A stretch of 64,000 nt of DNA from Octopus vulgaris. Taxonomy: Eukaryota. The notes below the pieces were generated by a model. It did no database searches. It saw only the letters and a program-made list of their open reading frames with translations, and was not told where the DNA came from. The stretch lies in the NCBI GenBank assembly GCA_951406725.2, contig OX597816.1:160332001-160396000 (forward strand), written 5' to 3'. This document shows positions 38,800 through 51,825 of this stretch, piece after piece; position 1 is the stretch's first letter, and every line of letters starts with the position of its first letter. Position numbers and translations under genes: made by a program.

Positions 38800-39478
38800 T
38801 CATCATTGTCCTTTAACGTCCACTTTCCATGCTTACATGGGTCAGATGGAAACTGTTGAATCAGATATCCTACAGTCGGATGCCCTTCCTGTCACCAACA
38901 CTCATCTGTTTCCAAGCAAGGTAATATTTCCCCATGGCCAGGCATGCTTTTCACAGACTAATAGAAACCAAAAAAAATCACTTGTATGGCAGTGATGATA
39001 ACTTAAAATCATCACATAATGTAAAGACAAGGGTACATGCAAACACACACGCATGCACACACACATCACCTTTCTGTAACTTGGGGGCATATCCTGACTC
39101 AGCTTCATCACTATCTTTCTCTTGAAACAGAGGTAACAAAATATCCCACTGATGATAAGACATCTGTTCTGATCCCTCTATATAATGGTTTAACCTCTCA
39201 TCACCTGACATAAAGCCACCTCCCTCAGTACTATTGTTCCTCCTCAATTGAGGGAGTGTTGTCTTGCAAGTCACTAGTGCCAGTATCACATAAAATGCAC
39301 CTGATATGCTCTGTAAAGTGGTTTGCATTAGGAAAAGCTTCCAGCTATAGAAACCATGCCAAAGCCAACATTGGAGCCAGATGCAGTCCTCTGGTTCACC
39401 AGGTTCTGTTGAACCATCTGATCCATGCCAGCATGGAAAATGGATGTTAAATGATGACGATGGTGATGATGATGATGA
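38800..39478. mobile_element. Old element D-related copies (38800-39060 minus; 39270-39478 plus)
   Basis: TTTAACGTCCACTTTCCATGC and GGATGCCCTTCCT motifs; (GAT)n tail at 39450-39478. Confidence 0.65.
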
Positions 39479-39484
39479 CTGTTT

Positions 39485-39960
39485 ATCTTTTATCTTTTAC
39501 TTGTTTCAGTCATTAGACTGGCCATGCTGTGGCATCACCTTGAAGAGTTTTTAGTTGATTGAGTCAATCCTGGTACTTATTCTATCAGTATATTTTGCCG
39601 AACTGCTAGGTTACAGGAATGTAAATATACCAACACATGTTGTTAAGTAGTGGTGGGGAATAAACACAAGCATACACACATGCACAAACATAAACATACA
39701 CACATACAAACACACACATGCATTGGGCTTCTTTCAGTTTCCATCTACCAAATCCACTCATGAGGCTTTGGTCATCCTGCAGCTGAAACACACTTGTTCA
39801 GAGTGCCATGCAGTGGGACTGAACCTGGAATCATGTGGTTGGGAAGCAAGCTTCTTACCACAGAGCCATGCGTGCATATGATGATATGCATATAGACTGA
39901 ACCCAAGACCACTTGGTTGGGAAGCAAGCTTCTTAATCATCCAGCCATGCCCACACCTGT
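39485..39960 (-). mobile_element. SINE-B with a duplicated tRNA head
   Basis: GACTGAACC..TGGTTGGGAAGCAAGCTTCTTA occurs twice (about 39817 and 39895). Confidence 0.8.
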
Positions 39961-40458
39961 ACTATCTTACATAAAAGAAACAAAAATGATTGAGAGAGAG
40001 ACAGAAGAGAGATACGAAGTAAAGTGAAAGAAGTTTCAACCAATGAGATTTCTTGTTTCAAGTTCTCTCCAAGCAAAGATAAAAGTAGAATGAAGAAGAC
40101 TTGGTGAGAGAGAGAGGGGGGAGGAGGGAGGGAGAGCAGTGGGAAGTTGAGACAAACCAGAGAAAGATTCTTCTAATGTGTTTACAATGAATGTTATCAC
40201 TCTAAAATGGGCCTGGCACCACAATCAATGTCCTTCCTTTTCTTTTCTTTTGTTCTTTCTTTGTTTTTGTTTCTTTGTTTCTTTTCTTTTCTGGTAGCTT
40301 AAGTGGAATTATTAACAAATAAAGTAGTTTTGTTTGCACCACCTATCAGGTTTTCTCTCTGATGCATGTATCATGTGCACACTTACAAACACATGCACAC
40401 ACACACATACATAAACATCAACATATATACAAACACATACACATGCTCTTTCACATAT

Positions 40459-40505
<47 letters not shown>

Positions 40506-41419
40506 TATAACAAATTTCAACCAAATTTCTATCTCCCAAATTTCGCTATCAAGGCATCAGTTACCCTGAGACTATTGTAGATAACCCTTTTCCAAGGTGC
40601 TGTATTGTGAAACTGAACCTACAACAAGGTGGTTGTGAAGTGAATTTCTTATCCATGCAGCCATCCATGCTCCTCTGTCTATCTTATGTTATAAAAATTT
40701 GTTAATTAAGATAAGTTCATATCTGTCTTCGCTGCATGTGCTCTTATCAGTATCTCGCTTTAACAAATATTTTTAAAGCCTTTTATTTGTGTTTGTGGTT
40801 AATGCAGATAATCACTCATTACTTTGGATTTTCAATTAATTTTATCTCCCGTCATCCTCATAGTTTAACATGCTGGTATGTGTTGTTTTCACAGAAGCAG
40901 GCAAACCAGAAGACTGCACCAGACTCTACTGTCTGTTTTAGCATGGTTTTTATAGCTGGATGCCCTTCCTAATACCAACCAATTTACAGAGTGAACTGGG
41001 TGCATTTTATGTGGAACTGGCACAAATGAGGTTACCAAATAATTCACAAGACAGGGTCCCTCAACTGAATGGGGTGGTGTTGAGGGAGGTGGCTTTGTGT
41101 CGAGAGGCTAAAGTATTATGGTAGATAGACAGAAACAAGGGTCTTGAGTAGAGAAGGCAGAAGACACATCTGGTTGGAAATAAATAAATAATTTCCAGAG
41201 AGAAAAGAGGGCATTACGAAAATAACAATGGGATAGTTTTTAAGTTAATGAAGAGCCAATGGACAGGCCTGTCTAGATTGGCAAGATTGATTAATGAAAA
41301 GGTGGGTGGTGGGTGGTGCTGATGGCTCGACATGAACATCTGAAACTTAGTACCTGCTGTGTGTGGGACGTAGGAATGTGGGTGGAGATGAAGAAGGATC
41401 CGATTAGGGATTTGATAGG

Positions 41420-41770
41420 GTTGTCTGGCTTTTCAACAACCTTAATCCTTAGCTTAAGTTTGTCTAGGGCCCTTCTAAAGCTGTATGCCAGTTCGCCTCT
41501 AGGAGTGGTGTCCACGAGCATGACACTTTGGTATTTATGGCTATCATACTAAGAGTTGGCCTTCCCTATTTTCTTCTTAGTTCTTTCAATAGTGTTCCAT
41601 GACTTGCTCCTATAAAGTGGGCAAATCGCATTCCTATCATTATGTATGATAGTATCAAATTTCTTCATGGCTCCTTTGTTTACTCTGATCCTTTCATTAT
41701 GGCTATAACCTGAGAACTGCATGCGGTGAACAAAATGTTGTATGTGTCTCTTTAACTCTCTTTGTGTTTT
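41420..41770 (-). pseudogene. Penelope-like element ORF fragment (RT thumb/linker)
   Basis: HFVHRMQFSGYS..PLYRSKSWN..ER..*Y..SVMLVDTTPRGELA..IKVVEK resembles the PLE region preceding the GIY-YIG domain. Confidence 0.65.
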
Positions 41771-41771
41771 C

Positions 41772-42148
41772 ATGTTTGGATTCCCAACCACATTGTTCCG
41801 GGTTCAGTCCCACTGCGTGGCGCCTTGGGCAAGTGTCTTCTACTATAGACTTGGGCTGACCAAAGCCTTGAGAGTGCATTTGGTAGACTGAAACTGAAAG
41901 AAGCCCATCCTATATATATGTGTGTGTTTGTGTGTGTGTATGTTTGTGTGTCTGTGTTTGTCTCCCCCCAACATCGCTTGACAACCGATGCTGGTGTGTT
42001 TACATACCTGTAACTTAGCAGTTCAGCAAAAGAGACCGATAGAATAAGCACTAGGCTAACAAAGAATAAGTCCTGTACTTGATTTGCTCCACTAAAGGCA
42101 GTGCTCCAGCATGGCCGTGGTCAAGTGACTGAAACAAGTAAAAGAATA
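41772..42148 (+). mobile_element. SINE-B, head slightly truncated
   Basis: B box GGTTCAGTCCC, body and tail. Confidence 0.88.
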
Positions 42149-43329
42149 ACACGCACATATATATACACATGCGTTCCTTTCCTCTCTCATCTTACCACAA
42201 ACTTTTTTATACATACATTTATATATACACATAACTCTATCCATATGTTTATATGCATATACACACATAACAAAAAAAGAAAAAAGTGTCTGAGACACAA
42301 AATCACCCACACAGATAAAGCCACAAATACACTCCCTGCTGTGTATAGATTTACTGCTCCTGTCCCCATCTTCTCACCTTATGAAGGGAAAATTTTAGAC
42401 TGTACCCCCATCCCTTTGTGAAGTGGATGAAGATGGCTGTGACTGTCCATTGATATAATTTTACCATATGTGATAATGGAAGGAGGCAAGGCAGCACAGG
42501 TAGGGGGTATAGGTATGTGTGGAGGAGGGAATGAGTGGTTGTGTGTGTATGTGTGTAAATATGTGCCAAGTGCCTCTTTATAGCCCCAAGCCAAAGAAAA
42601 TTTTGTGGGTGGATTGTATAGGATGGAAACTGAAAGAAGTCTGTCATGTGTGTGTGTATGTGTGTATCTATCTGTCTGTCTGTCTATCTATATACATATT
42701 TTAAAAATGGGGAAGGCTGGTTTATGAGATTTACCTTAGGTTTCCGATCCATAAAGGTTGTCCCAATAGGTTTGGGGCCCTACAGGTTTTGGGATCTAAT
42801 CATATGTCATAAAGTTAAATCCTTTATGGAGGGGAACCTAAGGTACATAAACTGGCCTTCCCTATTTTTAACACAAACATACTACTCTGTCTTAGAGTGT
42901 ACTTCTTCTTTTGGATTTGTTTTTTCACAGATGATATATATATATAAAATCAATATTATAATTAAGTGTCTCTAAAAGATACCAACATGTTAGAAATAGC
43001 AGTCAAAACTTGACTCTAAAACCATTCTTAGATACCCTTAATTATAATTTTAATAATTGATACCTATAAGGTTTTTATTCCCATGCTGGCCACTTGATAC
43101 GATTGGTATTTTAAATAATGATCTTTTGCTTATATATATATAAGTGTTGGTGTGTTTACATCCCCGAAATCTGGTGGTTCAGCAAAAGAGATCGATTGAA
43201 TAAATATCAGGCATTCAAAAAAATATATACTGGGTTTGCTTCATTCAACTAAAATTTCTTCAAAAGTTATGCCAAAGTCTAATGACTGAAACGGGTAAAA
43301 AATAAAAGAAAAAGGTGTGTTAACTTGAA

Positions 43330-43581
43330 TATGTGTGTGTGTGTGTTAAAGGATGAGTATGTTTGGGTGTATATGTGTTTGTGTGCTTGTATGTATATGT
43401 GAGAAAGTAATGGACAAAGGATTACATACATACAAACACATAACAGATGTATGGCAGTGTGTGTATGTGTATGAAAGTGTGTGTAATAAGGTAACAGGGA
43501 AAGGAATGTATGTGTGTGTGTGTACATATACATATATATATATATATGTGTATAAATGTGTATTCATATGTGTTTGTGTAC

Positions 43582-43614
<33 letters not shown>

Positions 43615-43822
43615 TGTATGTATGTGTGTGTATGTATGTATATATACGTATTTACACACGTACATATATATGTGTATATATATATATGTGTGTGTGTGTA
43701 TGTATGTATATATATATATACGTATTTACACACGTACATATATATTTGTGTATATATGTGTGTATGTGTATATATATACATGTGTATGTATGTATGCATA
43801 TATGAGTCTATATATGTGTGTG

Positions 43823-43863
<41 letters not shown>

Positions 43864-43882
43864 ATGTATATATATATATATA

Positions 43883-43917
<35 letters not shown>

Positions 43918-43960
43918 AGGATATATGTTGGTGTATGTTTACACAAAGTGCGTGTGTGAG
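43330..43960. repeat. Compound (TA)n/(TG)n/(TATG)n microsatellite
   Basis: Seen directly; CGTATTTACACACGTACAT is duplicated. Confidence 0.9.
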
Positions 43961-44534
43961 TAGTAGCAAAAGAGGGTAGTGGGAGGGGCAAAGAGAGACT
44001 CGATACCTTCCATATGGACACAATATGTAGCACGACATAGGAGATGGGGCCATAGGATAATTCTGTTCCTTAAAGTTGTTTACAGAAGATGGTTTTTCAG
44101 TCACAGATGGCTAACAGAGTGAGAAGTGATGGCTGTGGTGGTGGATGCAAGGGAGGAGGTGGCTATTGAAATAGGATGAGCAGGGAGAGTGGAGTGGATT
44201 ACTGGAGATTTGACCACCGTGGAATCGGAGCTGGTTTCAATGTGGAAAGTTCACAAAATCACGTAAAATACTTGAAGAATGCTTATGAAAATACTCTTCC
44301 CCACCACCATCACTACCATCATCATCATCTTATTTTCTAGAACTTCAGCAGACAAATAGAAGGATGCATTAAAATTCCAGAAATCATCATCATCATCATC
44401 TTCCCTATTCTTCTTTTTCTTCTTCTTGCAATGCCATGCATATGGTATTGTTTTGTTTAAGTGATCTTCATATATTTAATTTGCAGCAGCAATGGGATAA
44501 GGAGTGTGGGTCACAATGCTTCTCTTTTCTAGCG

Positions 44535-45010
44535 GTGAGCCTCATGGAAGCAAAGTGGCTGAGTTCCTCTCAAGCGTTGAGCCTGATGGAGGAAAAGTGG
44601 CTGAGTTCCTTTTGAGTGTTACGCCTCATGGAGGCAAAGTGGCTTGAGTTCCTTATGAGCGTTGAGCCCGATGGAAGAAAAGTGGCTGAGTTCTTTTTGA
44701 GTGTTAGGCCTCATGGAGGCAAAGTGGCTGAGTTCCTCTCAAGCATTGGGCCTGATGGAGACAAAGTGGCTGAGTTCCTTTTGAGTGTTGGGCCTCATGG
44801 AGGCAAAGTGGCTGAATTCCTTTTGAGTGTTAGGCTTCACGGAGGCAAAGTGGCTGAGTTCCTTTTGAGTGTTGGGCCTCACGGAGGCAGTGACCAAGAC
44901 CTTTGGCATTATGTTGTGCTTGAGAAAACCCATCAAGCCGAGCAAAATCACAGTCACGTTGCTCTGCGATCATTTTGTCATCTGACATGTGGCACCCATT
45001 GCACCTGTGC
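44535..45010 (+). repeat. Element D variant 5' part with a 42-bp minisatellite (~8.3 units, 44539-44890)
   Basis: Unit GCCTCATGGAGGCAAAGTGGCTGAGTTCCTTTTGAGTGTTGG; same unit in low copy at 13040-13127 and near 21590. Confidence 0.9.
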
Positions 45011-45059
45011 AGGTAATGTCGATTTGATGGAGAGAGCTTATATGTACACAAACATTTGA

Positions 45060-47250
45060 TCACTTTGTTTTAAATTAATCACAAGGGCTGTATATAAAGG
45101 GGACGATAACAAAACAACACAAAGTGGGGGTCCAAGGCATAAAATGAGGGAGGATAAAATTGATGATAAGATGGAGTACGAATGAAAGGGGTGATATGAA
45201 GTGAGGGGCGTGGGAACCCCACAAGCCACAAACCAGTGCTACTTCTCTTAGGGATTTCTGTTTTCCTACTCAGGTCGGCCACATTTAATGAATCATGCGC
45301 TCCAATTGCATCCATCTTTTCCCAAATATTCATGATGGTAAGAGCTCTCTCTCTCCAGCCTTAACTTTCTTTTTGTTTCGTTTCTGTAATATTTTACTGA
45401 AGGAGATATCACATCCTAGACATAGTGACCTGAGATCATTTAGTAAACAACGCTGTTTACCTTTCGAACTCAGGCCACACACATTCACACGACTGAGCTT
45501 GAGCAAAAACCTAATAGTAAGAACCTACTTTGATTTGGTAGTGGTGGTGCTGGGGAGTATGAGTAGCTTGCCACCCCTTCTGTGGCTTGTGGGGTATCTT
45601 TTGTGAACTGGGTGTTTAAGTGCTTAGGAAATACCTGCTGCAGCGGCTCAACATCTTCAGGAAAATTTTTCACCCACTACACTCTCGGAGTGGTTGGTGT
45701 TAGGAAGGGCATCCTGTTGTAGAAACTCTGCCAGATCAGACTGGAGCCTGATGCAGCCATCTGGTTTGCCACACCTCAGTCAAATCGTCCAACCCATGCT
45801 AGCATGGAAAGTGGATGTTAAACGATGATGATGATGATGAAGATAAGCCTTGCTATCAATGTAGATAAATTTTATGTGCTCTGATATGTTGTGGCTTGAG
45901 GGTACGATATAGGGTGTTATGCTGTTATGCGAGGGTTTGTGCAGACTAGTTCTGTTAGTTGGGTATTTGTTATGCTTGTGACTGTTTTTTGGGAAGGTGA
46001 TGTGTGTTGTGTGTAGGCATCTGTAGTGGGGAGTAGCAGGTGAGTCTTTTCTGGTGTGTGTGTCTGTGAGGTGGTAGCATTTGGTTGAATGTCTAGTGGG
46101 GGTGGGATTTTTTCGTTTGCATTTTCTTTTGACTGTATGCCAATCTGGGTCTGTTTATTCTATGTGACTGGTTTGGTGGGTGGAGGGGAGCCTTCTGCTT
46201 CTGTTTCCAACAGGTACTCGGCTTTAATGTGGCCACATTTGTAGCTGCATGACCTGTGCCCTTCCACCATAATGCACAGTGTGGTGTCGTCTGATACTTG
46301 CATTAAATCCAGCAGATCAGTGAGGTCCTGTTCTGGATTAAAATATCCAGGCCTTGGCCCCACCGGTTTCGCTGGTGTAGCTTGGTGACTTGCAGTGGTG
46401 GTGGGGGGGTTATTTTATCTTCCAGACCTAGAAGAATGGCTGCCACTAGCCACACCATGTTGATTTCTATTGTTATTTTTGAATTTCATTTTCCTAGATA
46501 TGTCGCAGTAGCACCAGCTCTGCTGACTTTAGAGGAATTGTGGAGAGTGTATTTTTGCTTCCTCTCCTTGGAAGTGAATCTAACTTCTATGGTCCCGTAA
46601 TTTTTTCCTCTTGCTATGTAGGTTGTCTCATGCCATATTGGCTGTAGGCATTTCTCTATGTTTTCCTTAGAAGATAGTCCCATTTTTTTTTTTTAAATTT
46701 TAATGATAGAGTCTGATATATAATGGTCTTCTGAGTTGTGTGTACAACTTCTCCCAGGGGGTAAGTTTTATGTTATTTCTGTTCTTTTTCAACATGGTTT
46801 TAAATTTCTGTAGTTCCATTATGTTGACGTTTAAAAGCTCTTGGTTGACAGTAGTTATCGTTGCAAAGTTCACTTTTTTTGCTTTCATTTTGTTGGTTGA
46901 TCCTTGTAGTCGTGTTGTTGTCTTAGAGTTGTTTTCCTCCTCTGGCACACTGCTTGGAAGGGAGGGTAACATTTCTTTATCCAGTTTGTTCAACAGCTCA
47001 GTTCTGTGGTCCAAATGTGGGGTGTTGCGTTCCATGGTGTAAGCCTCCATATTTGGAATTTTCACAGAAAAATTAATATATACTTCCATAATAACAAAAT
47101 AATTAAATTCAGGCTGTATCGTGTTCGAACACAAGTAAAAAAGTAACCAGTCAAGAAAACAGTCAACAAAATGGATACATACATGGTAAGAATTAGTAGC
47201 TCACAAAAACACACCTACACAGTCTATCACTATAAACAAATCATCTGTAT
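45060..47250 (-). mobile_element. Internally deleted Tx1/L1-like LINE: decayed ORF1 with zinc knuckle, ORF2 tail and 3' UTR; D fragment inserted at 45670-45843
   Basis: IEKCLQPIW..YIARGKNYGTIEVRF..TYLGK and IMVEGHRSCSYKCGHIKAE (degenerate CCHC), then KRKLRLERE near the 3' end. No endonuclease or RT between them. Confidence 0.65.
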
Positions 47251-47279
47251 GATTGTTCAGTAAGAAGTTGTCCAATCCT

Positions 47280-47580
47280 CATATGCCTTGTGAGTGAAAT
47301 TGTTTGATGGATATTGCATGGAAGCCTGTCATTTATATATATCTATCTGTTTGTGTTTGTCACCCCTACCTACCTTACTTGACAACCAGTGTTAGTTTGT
47401 TTACACCTTCATAATTTACAGGTTCAGCAAAAAATACCATTAGAATAGATACCAGGCTTAAATATATATATATGTATAATATAAGTATTAGTGTCAATAT
47501 GTTTGACTTAACCCTCTGAATCAGTGCCCCAGCATGGCCACATTCTAATAACTGAAACAAGTAAAAGATTAAAAAAGAAA
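47280..47580 (+). mobile_element. SINE-B, 5' truncated
   Basis: Body and tail match other copies. Confidence 0.75.
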
Positions 47581-47709
47581 GTGGATAAAAAGAGACAACA
47601 TCTATTTTGGTTTGCAAAACTCTTGATGTGAGATATGTGTTGAAACAGATTTTGCTGGCTTTTATTGGCCTAATGACTCTGTTATAATTAAGTCAGTTAT
47701 TATTATTAA

Positions 47710-48200
47710 TTTCGTTTTTGTATTTGGTTTGCAAGATTCTTTAAGTGAGTTTGTGTGTTGAAGCATATTTTAATGAGTCAGGGGAGAGTCATTCTCTTTT
47801 AGTACCTTAGTACTTAACCCTTTCGTTACCAACCCGGCTGAAACTGGCTCTGGCTCTGTACAAATGTCTTGTTTCCATAAGTTTTGATTGAAAATCTTCA
47901 GCCAAACATTTAGTCACAATATATTTTCCTAACAATGACTTAATGATAACTAAGTTATTTTACTCAATTATTTGTTATATTTAAAGTAATTGAAAGAAAC
48001 TCAGAGCATCTCAAAATAAATACAATGAAAAAAGAGCTAACGCACTCACCGGTTATAGTCATGTCTGATGAAAATATTGCAAAAGGCAATAAAATTTTTT
48101 AGAAAAAGTAAATATGTAAATGACTGGAAATCGAACCAGTGAGTGTGTTAGATAATAAGGCACGAAAAGAGAATGATTTTCCCCAGACACAATAAAATAG
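47710..48200. mobile_element. Inverted-repeat element interrupted by a piggyBac-like MITE type II (47818-48040)
   Basis: GGGGAGAGTCATTCTCTTTT..TTAA|insert|CGCACTCACCGG pairs with CCAGTGAGTGTG..AAAAGAGAATGATTTTCCCC; the insert begins CCCTTTCGTTACC. Confidence 0.65.
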
Positions 48201-48580
48201 ATCAACCCTAGTACACAACTGGTACTTCATTTATCGATCCTGAAAGGATGAAAGGCAAAGTTGACCTCAGCCGAATTTGAACTCAGAATGTAAAACAGAT
48301 GAAATACTGCTAAATATTTCACCTGTCATGCTAACATTTCTGCCAGCTCGCTGCCTTAGCAGTTATATATATTTTTTCTACTCTAGGCACGAGGCCCAAA
48401 ATTTTGGGGGAGGGGCCAGCTGACTAGATCAACTCCAGTACGCAACTGGTACTTCATCGATCCCGAAAGGATGAAAGGCAAAGTCAACCATGGCGGAATT
48501 TGAGCTCAGAACGTAGAGACAGATGAAATACCACTAAACATTTCACCCGGCGTGCTAACGTTTCTGTCAGCTCGCTACCC
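48197..48580 (-). mobile_element. SINE-A dimer
   Basis: Two monomers joined by TAGCAGTTATATAT, as at 18205. Confidence 0.88.
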
Positions 48581-48592
48581 TACAGAAATACT

Positions 48593-48886
48593 TATATTGC
48601 AGAAGATGATTTCAACCATTTAAAACCACACAAAATTTGCTCTTGTTTATTTATTAATAGCACTATCTATTATAAAGTGTGAAAAAGTTTCATTGCTCTG
48701 ATGCAACCTGGTCATTAACACAGTTCCACTGCAATTCCACATATGCAATGCAACTGTATCAGTGAGCAGGTTGCAGAAGTGCAATGAAACTTTTGACCAC
48801 TTCATAATAGACACTACTGTTAATGAATAAATAGATTTTCCAATGAACTCTTGAATAGTTACAGTGACTCTTCTTTCACAATGTAA
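48593..48886. mobile_element. Fold-back (palindromic) MITE-like element
   Basis: TCTATTATAAAGTG..AAAAGTTTCATTGC..TGCAACCTG is mirrored by CAGGTTGCA..GCAATGAAACTTTT..CACTTCATAATAGA. Confidence 0.7.
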
Positions 48887-48957
48887 TCGTTTGTGTTTCT
48901 CCAGCCCAACCTCAGATCAAGTCATCTGATTACAAATCTAAAATAACAGAGAAAATT

Positions 48958-49594
48958 GAATTCTTTAGCAGTTAAGCTATTCATATCCAGATCAAATATT
49001 TTACATGATTTATGTTCAAACCAGCCAAATCTGGTCTCTAACACCAACCCTACAGTCATCATCATCATCATCATCAAACATCTGTTGTCCATGCTGGTAT
49101 GGGTTGGACAGTTAGACCAGAGCTGGTAAGCTGAGGGGCTGCACCAGATTCCATGATTTCTGTGGCTAGATGGCCCTTCCTAATACCAACCTACTCTGAG
49201 TGTGTAATGGGTGCTTTTACTTGCCACCAGCATGTGTGCCAGTTGTGTACCACCAATATCTACCACGACTATGATTTCACTTGGCTCGATGGGTCTCCTA
49301 CTTGAGCACAGCATACTGCTGAAGGCCTCGGTCATTTGTCATAGCTTCTGTGCAGCCCAACACTTGAAAGGTGCTGTTTATGTGGCACTGGCACAGGTGT
49401 TAGTTACACAACACCGGCATTGGCCACATTGCCTCCATGAGGCCCAACGCTCCAAAAGTGCTTTTTATGTGCTACCAGCATGGGTGCCTATCAAAATCTT
49501 AAAGCTATGAAATCATAAAAGATTAATTCAAAACAATGTGATTGAATAAATAAGCATTACATTTGACAGAGTAATCTGAATGCTTAAGGGTTAA
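48958..49594. mobile_element. piggyBac-like MITE type I split by element D (49057-49490)
   Basis: Ends ..GAATGCTTAAGGG|TTAA; halves match 62431-62630. Confidence 0.75.
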
Positions 49595-50054
49595 TGGTAC
49601 TTATCAATGCCATGCATTAGACAATCATATAATGTTTTAGATGCGATGTTTTTATCATTGTTGATATTTTGAGTCAAATTGGCCCTTATCAAACTGACCT
49701 ACACTACATACATAGTCACTAGAATTACAAGATATAATCACTAGATCTATTGTTGCATATATATATGTGTGTGCATTTAGAAGAGAGTCATTAGCTTTTG
49801 TTTAGCTCCAGGTCAGCTCTGGCTGAGCAGGATTATGTTCAAAGACATTCCAGCTGTGCCCATCCCAGACATGTAGCCTATATTTTCCACTATGTCCTTC
49901 TCTTTGTTAAGATGGTAGGGTATAATTTGAGAGAGATTTGGTGCCCACCACCACCACTACCACTCTTACTGCTGTTGGTGATGTGATGGAACTATAATAA
50001 AGGGCCTTTAGTTTCGGGTGGAAGGGAAGGGACATTGTGTAGAAAGTTAAGGAA

Positions 50055-50085
<31 letters not shown>

Positions 50086-50384
50086 CGGAGTTGTTTGAAG
50101 AGAATGACAGTGAAACTTAGGGTCTACTTACACATGATTTGCTGTGTGACTGAATATTAAGTAGATTTATAGTTTGAGTATATGAGTGTATAATTGTGTG
50201 TGTGTGTGTGTGTGTGTGTGTATTTGGGCATGCATGTATATTTGTATGATAAGTGTGTGTGCATGTATGTGTGGTTGAGTGCGTGTGTCACTGAGATGAA
50301 AGTCTGTATAACACAGGGCTATACTGTAGGGAAGGAGGTGTTTAGAGATGTGTGTTTGTTGGAAATTTCAACATGCGACACAGG

Positions 50385-50417
<33 letters not shown>

Positions 50418-51431
50418 TTATATATATACCTTTGCTTATGTATGTGTGTGTCTGTACATGTTCATGCCTACTTTGTGTGTGTGTTTTGTGTGAGGTTTGT
50501 ATGTCTTTGTGCAAGTGCGAGCGTGTGTATGTATGCACGGGTGGGTGAGAGTGTTGCATATGGGTGTATATAATTTTTATCCTGTATGGGGTGCGTACAT
50601 CTCTTTGTTGTATGTGTGTGTGTGGCTGTGTATACATGTCTGTATTGTATTGTATTGTATTGTATTGTGTGTGTGTGGCTGTGTATACATGTCTGTATTG
50701 TATTGTGTGTATGTGTATGCTTTATTGTGTGTGTGTGTGTGTGTGTGTATGCTTTATGTATACGTCTTTTATATGCATGTGTGTGTGAATTTATGCATGT
50801 GTCTGTGAGAAAGAGAGGAATATATATATATATATACACACAGGGGGAGAGAGAGATATATTCTTATAAAGTAAGTGTACTTGTTGGTGTGCAATTATTT
50901 CATTTGTTGTTATCGTTATTGATGATAATGATGATGATGATGAGTGGTGATGGTAGTGGTGGCAGTGGTGGTGATGATACTATAAAGTGGACAAATTCAG
51001 GCATATGGGAGTCCTATAGACCCATTAACCCGCTTCTGATCACAGTGGGGCCATGTTAAAAGGAGTTTCCCTGAAAAATGGCTACATCTTACGCATCATT
51101 ATATACACCTCCTGCCGTGTTGTGTAATTGTTTGGTCTGGTAGGGACATTTTTATTTATATACATATACATCTATACTCACACACCACCATATATTGATA
51201 TACACTCATTCATATACACATTGACATATATTCATATACACAAGCATGGATATACATTCACACACATCGACTTACACTCCCTCATACACACACACACACA
51301 CACATCTCATGCACTCAACCATATCACACACTATTCTCTGTCTCTCCCCCTCTCTCTCTGGTACAACTCCCCTCACTAACAAACCTGTATATCCGCACAC
51401 ATGGACATAGATATGTGCACACATATGTATA

Positions 51432-51489
<58 letters not shown>

Positions 51490-51740
51490 TTCACGTTTGC
51501 TTAAACACTGTTGCAACTACACAAATAGTAACATACTCACATATACTGTGTAAGACATATGCACATATACATACATATATACCTCACATGTAGTTTGTGT
51601 GTGCATGTGTGTGTCTCTTCAACAGTGTCTCTCTTTCCCCTTTTATCTGTTCCAACCAGTGAGCTATGGCCAGCCTACGAATATATAAGAATATTTGTGT
51701 GTGCATGCGCGTGTGTGTGTGTGTGTGTGTGTGTGTGCAT
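50055..51740. repeat. Microsatellite field: (TG)n, (TA)n, (TGTAT)n, (CA)n
   Basis: Seen directly. Confidence 0.9.
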
Positions 51741-51825
51741 TTCCAGAATGGAATATAGTATCTCTATCCAAGGGTCTGTGGATGTGTGTATATTTAATTG
51801 TGATATGATGTATAGTGAGTATCGG

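Noticed and set aside
43279-44104. Many overlapping ORFs rich in C/V/Y/I/H/T (also 50.2-51.1 kb and 54.3-54.8 kb)
   Set aside because: Dinucleotide microsatellite artefacts.
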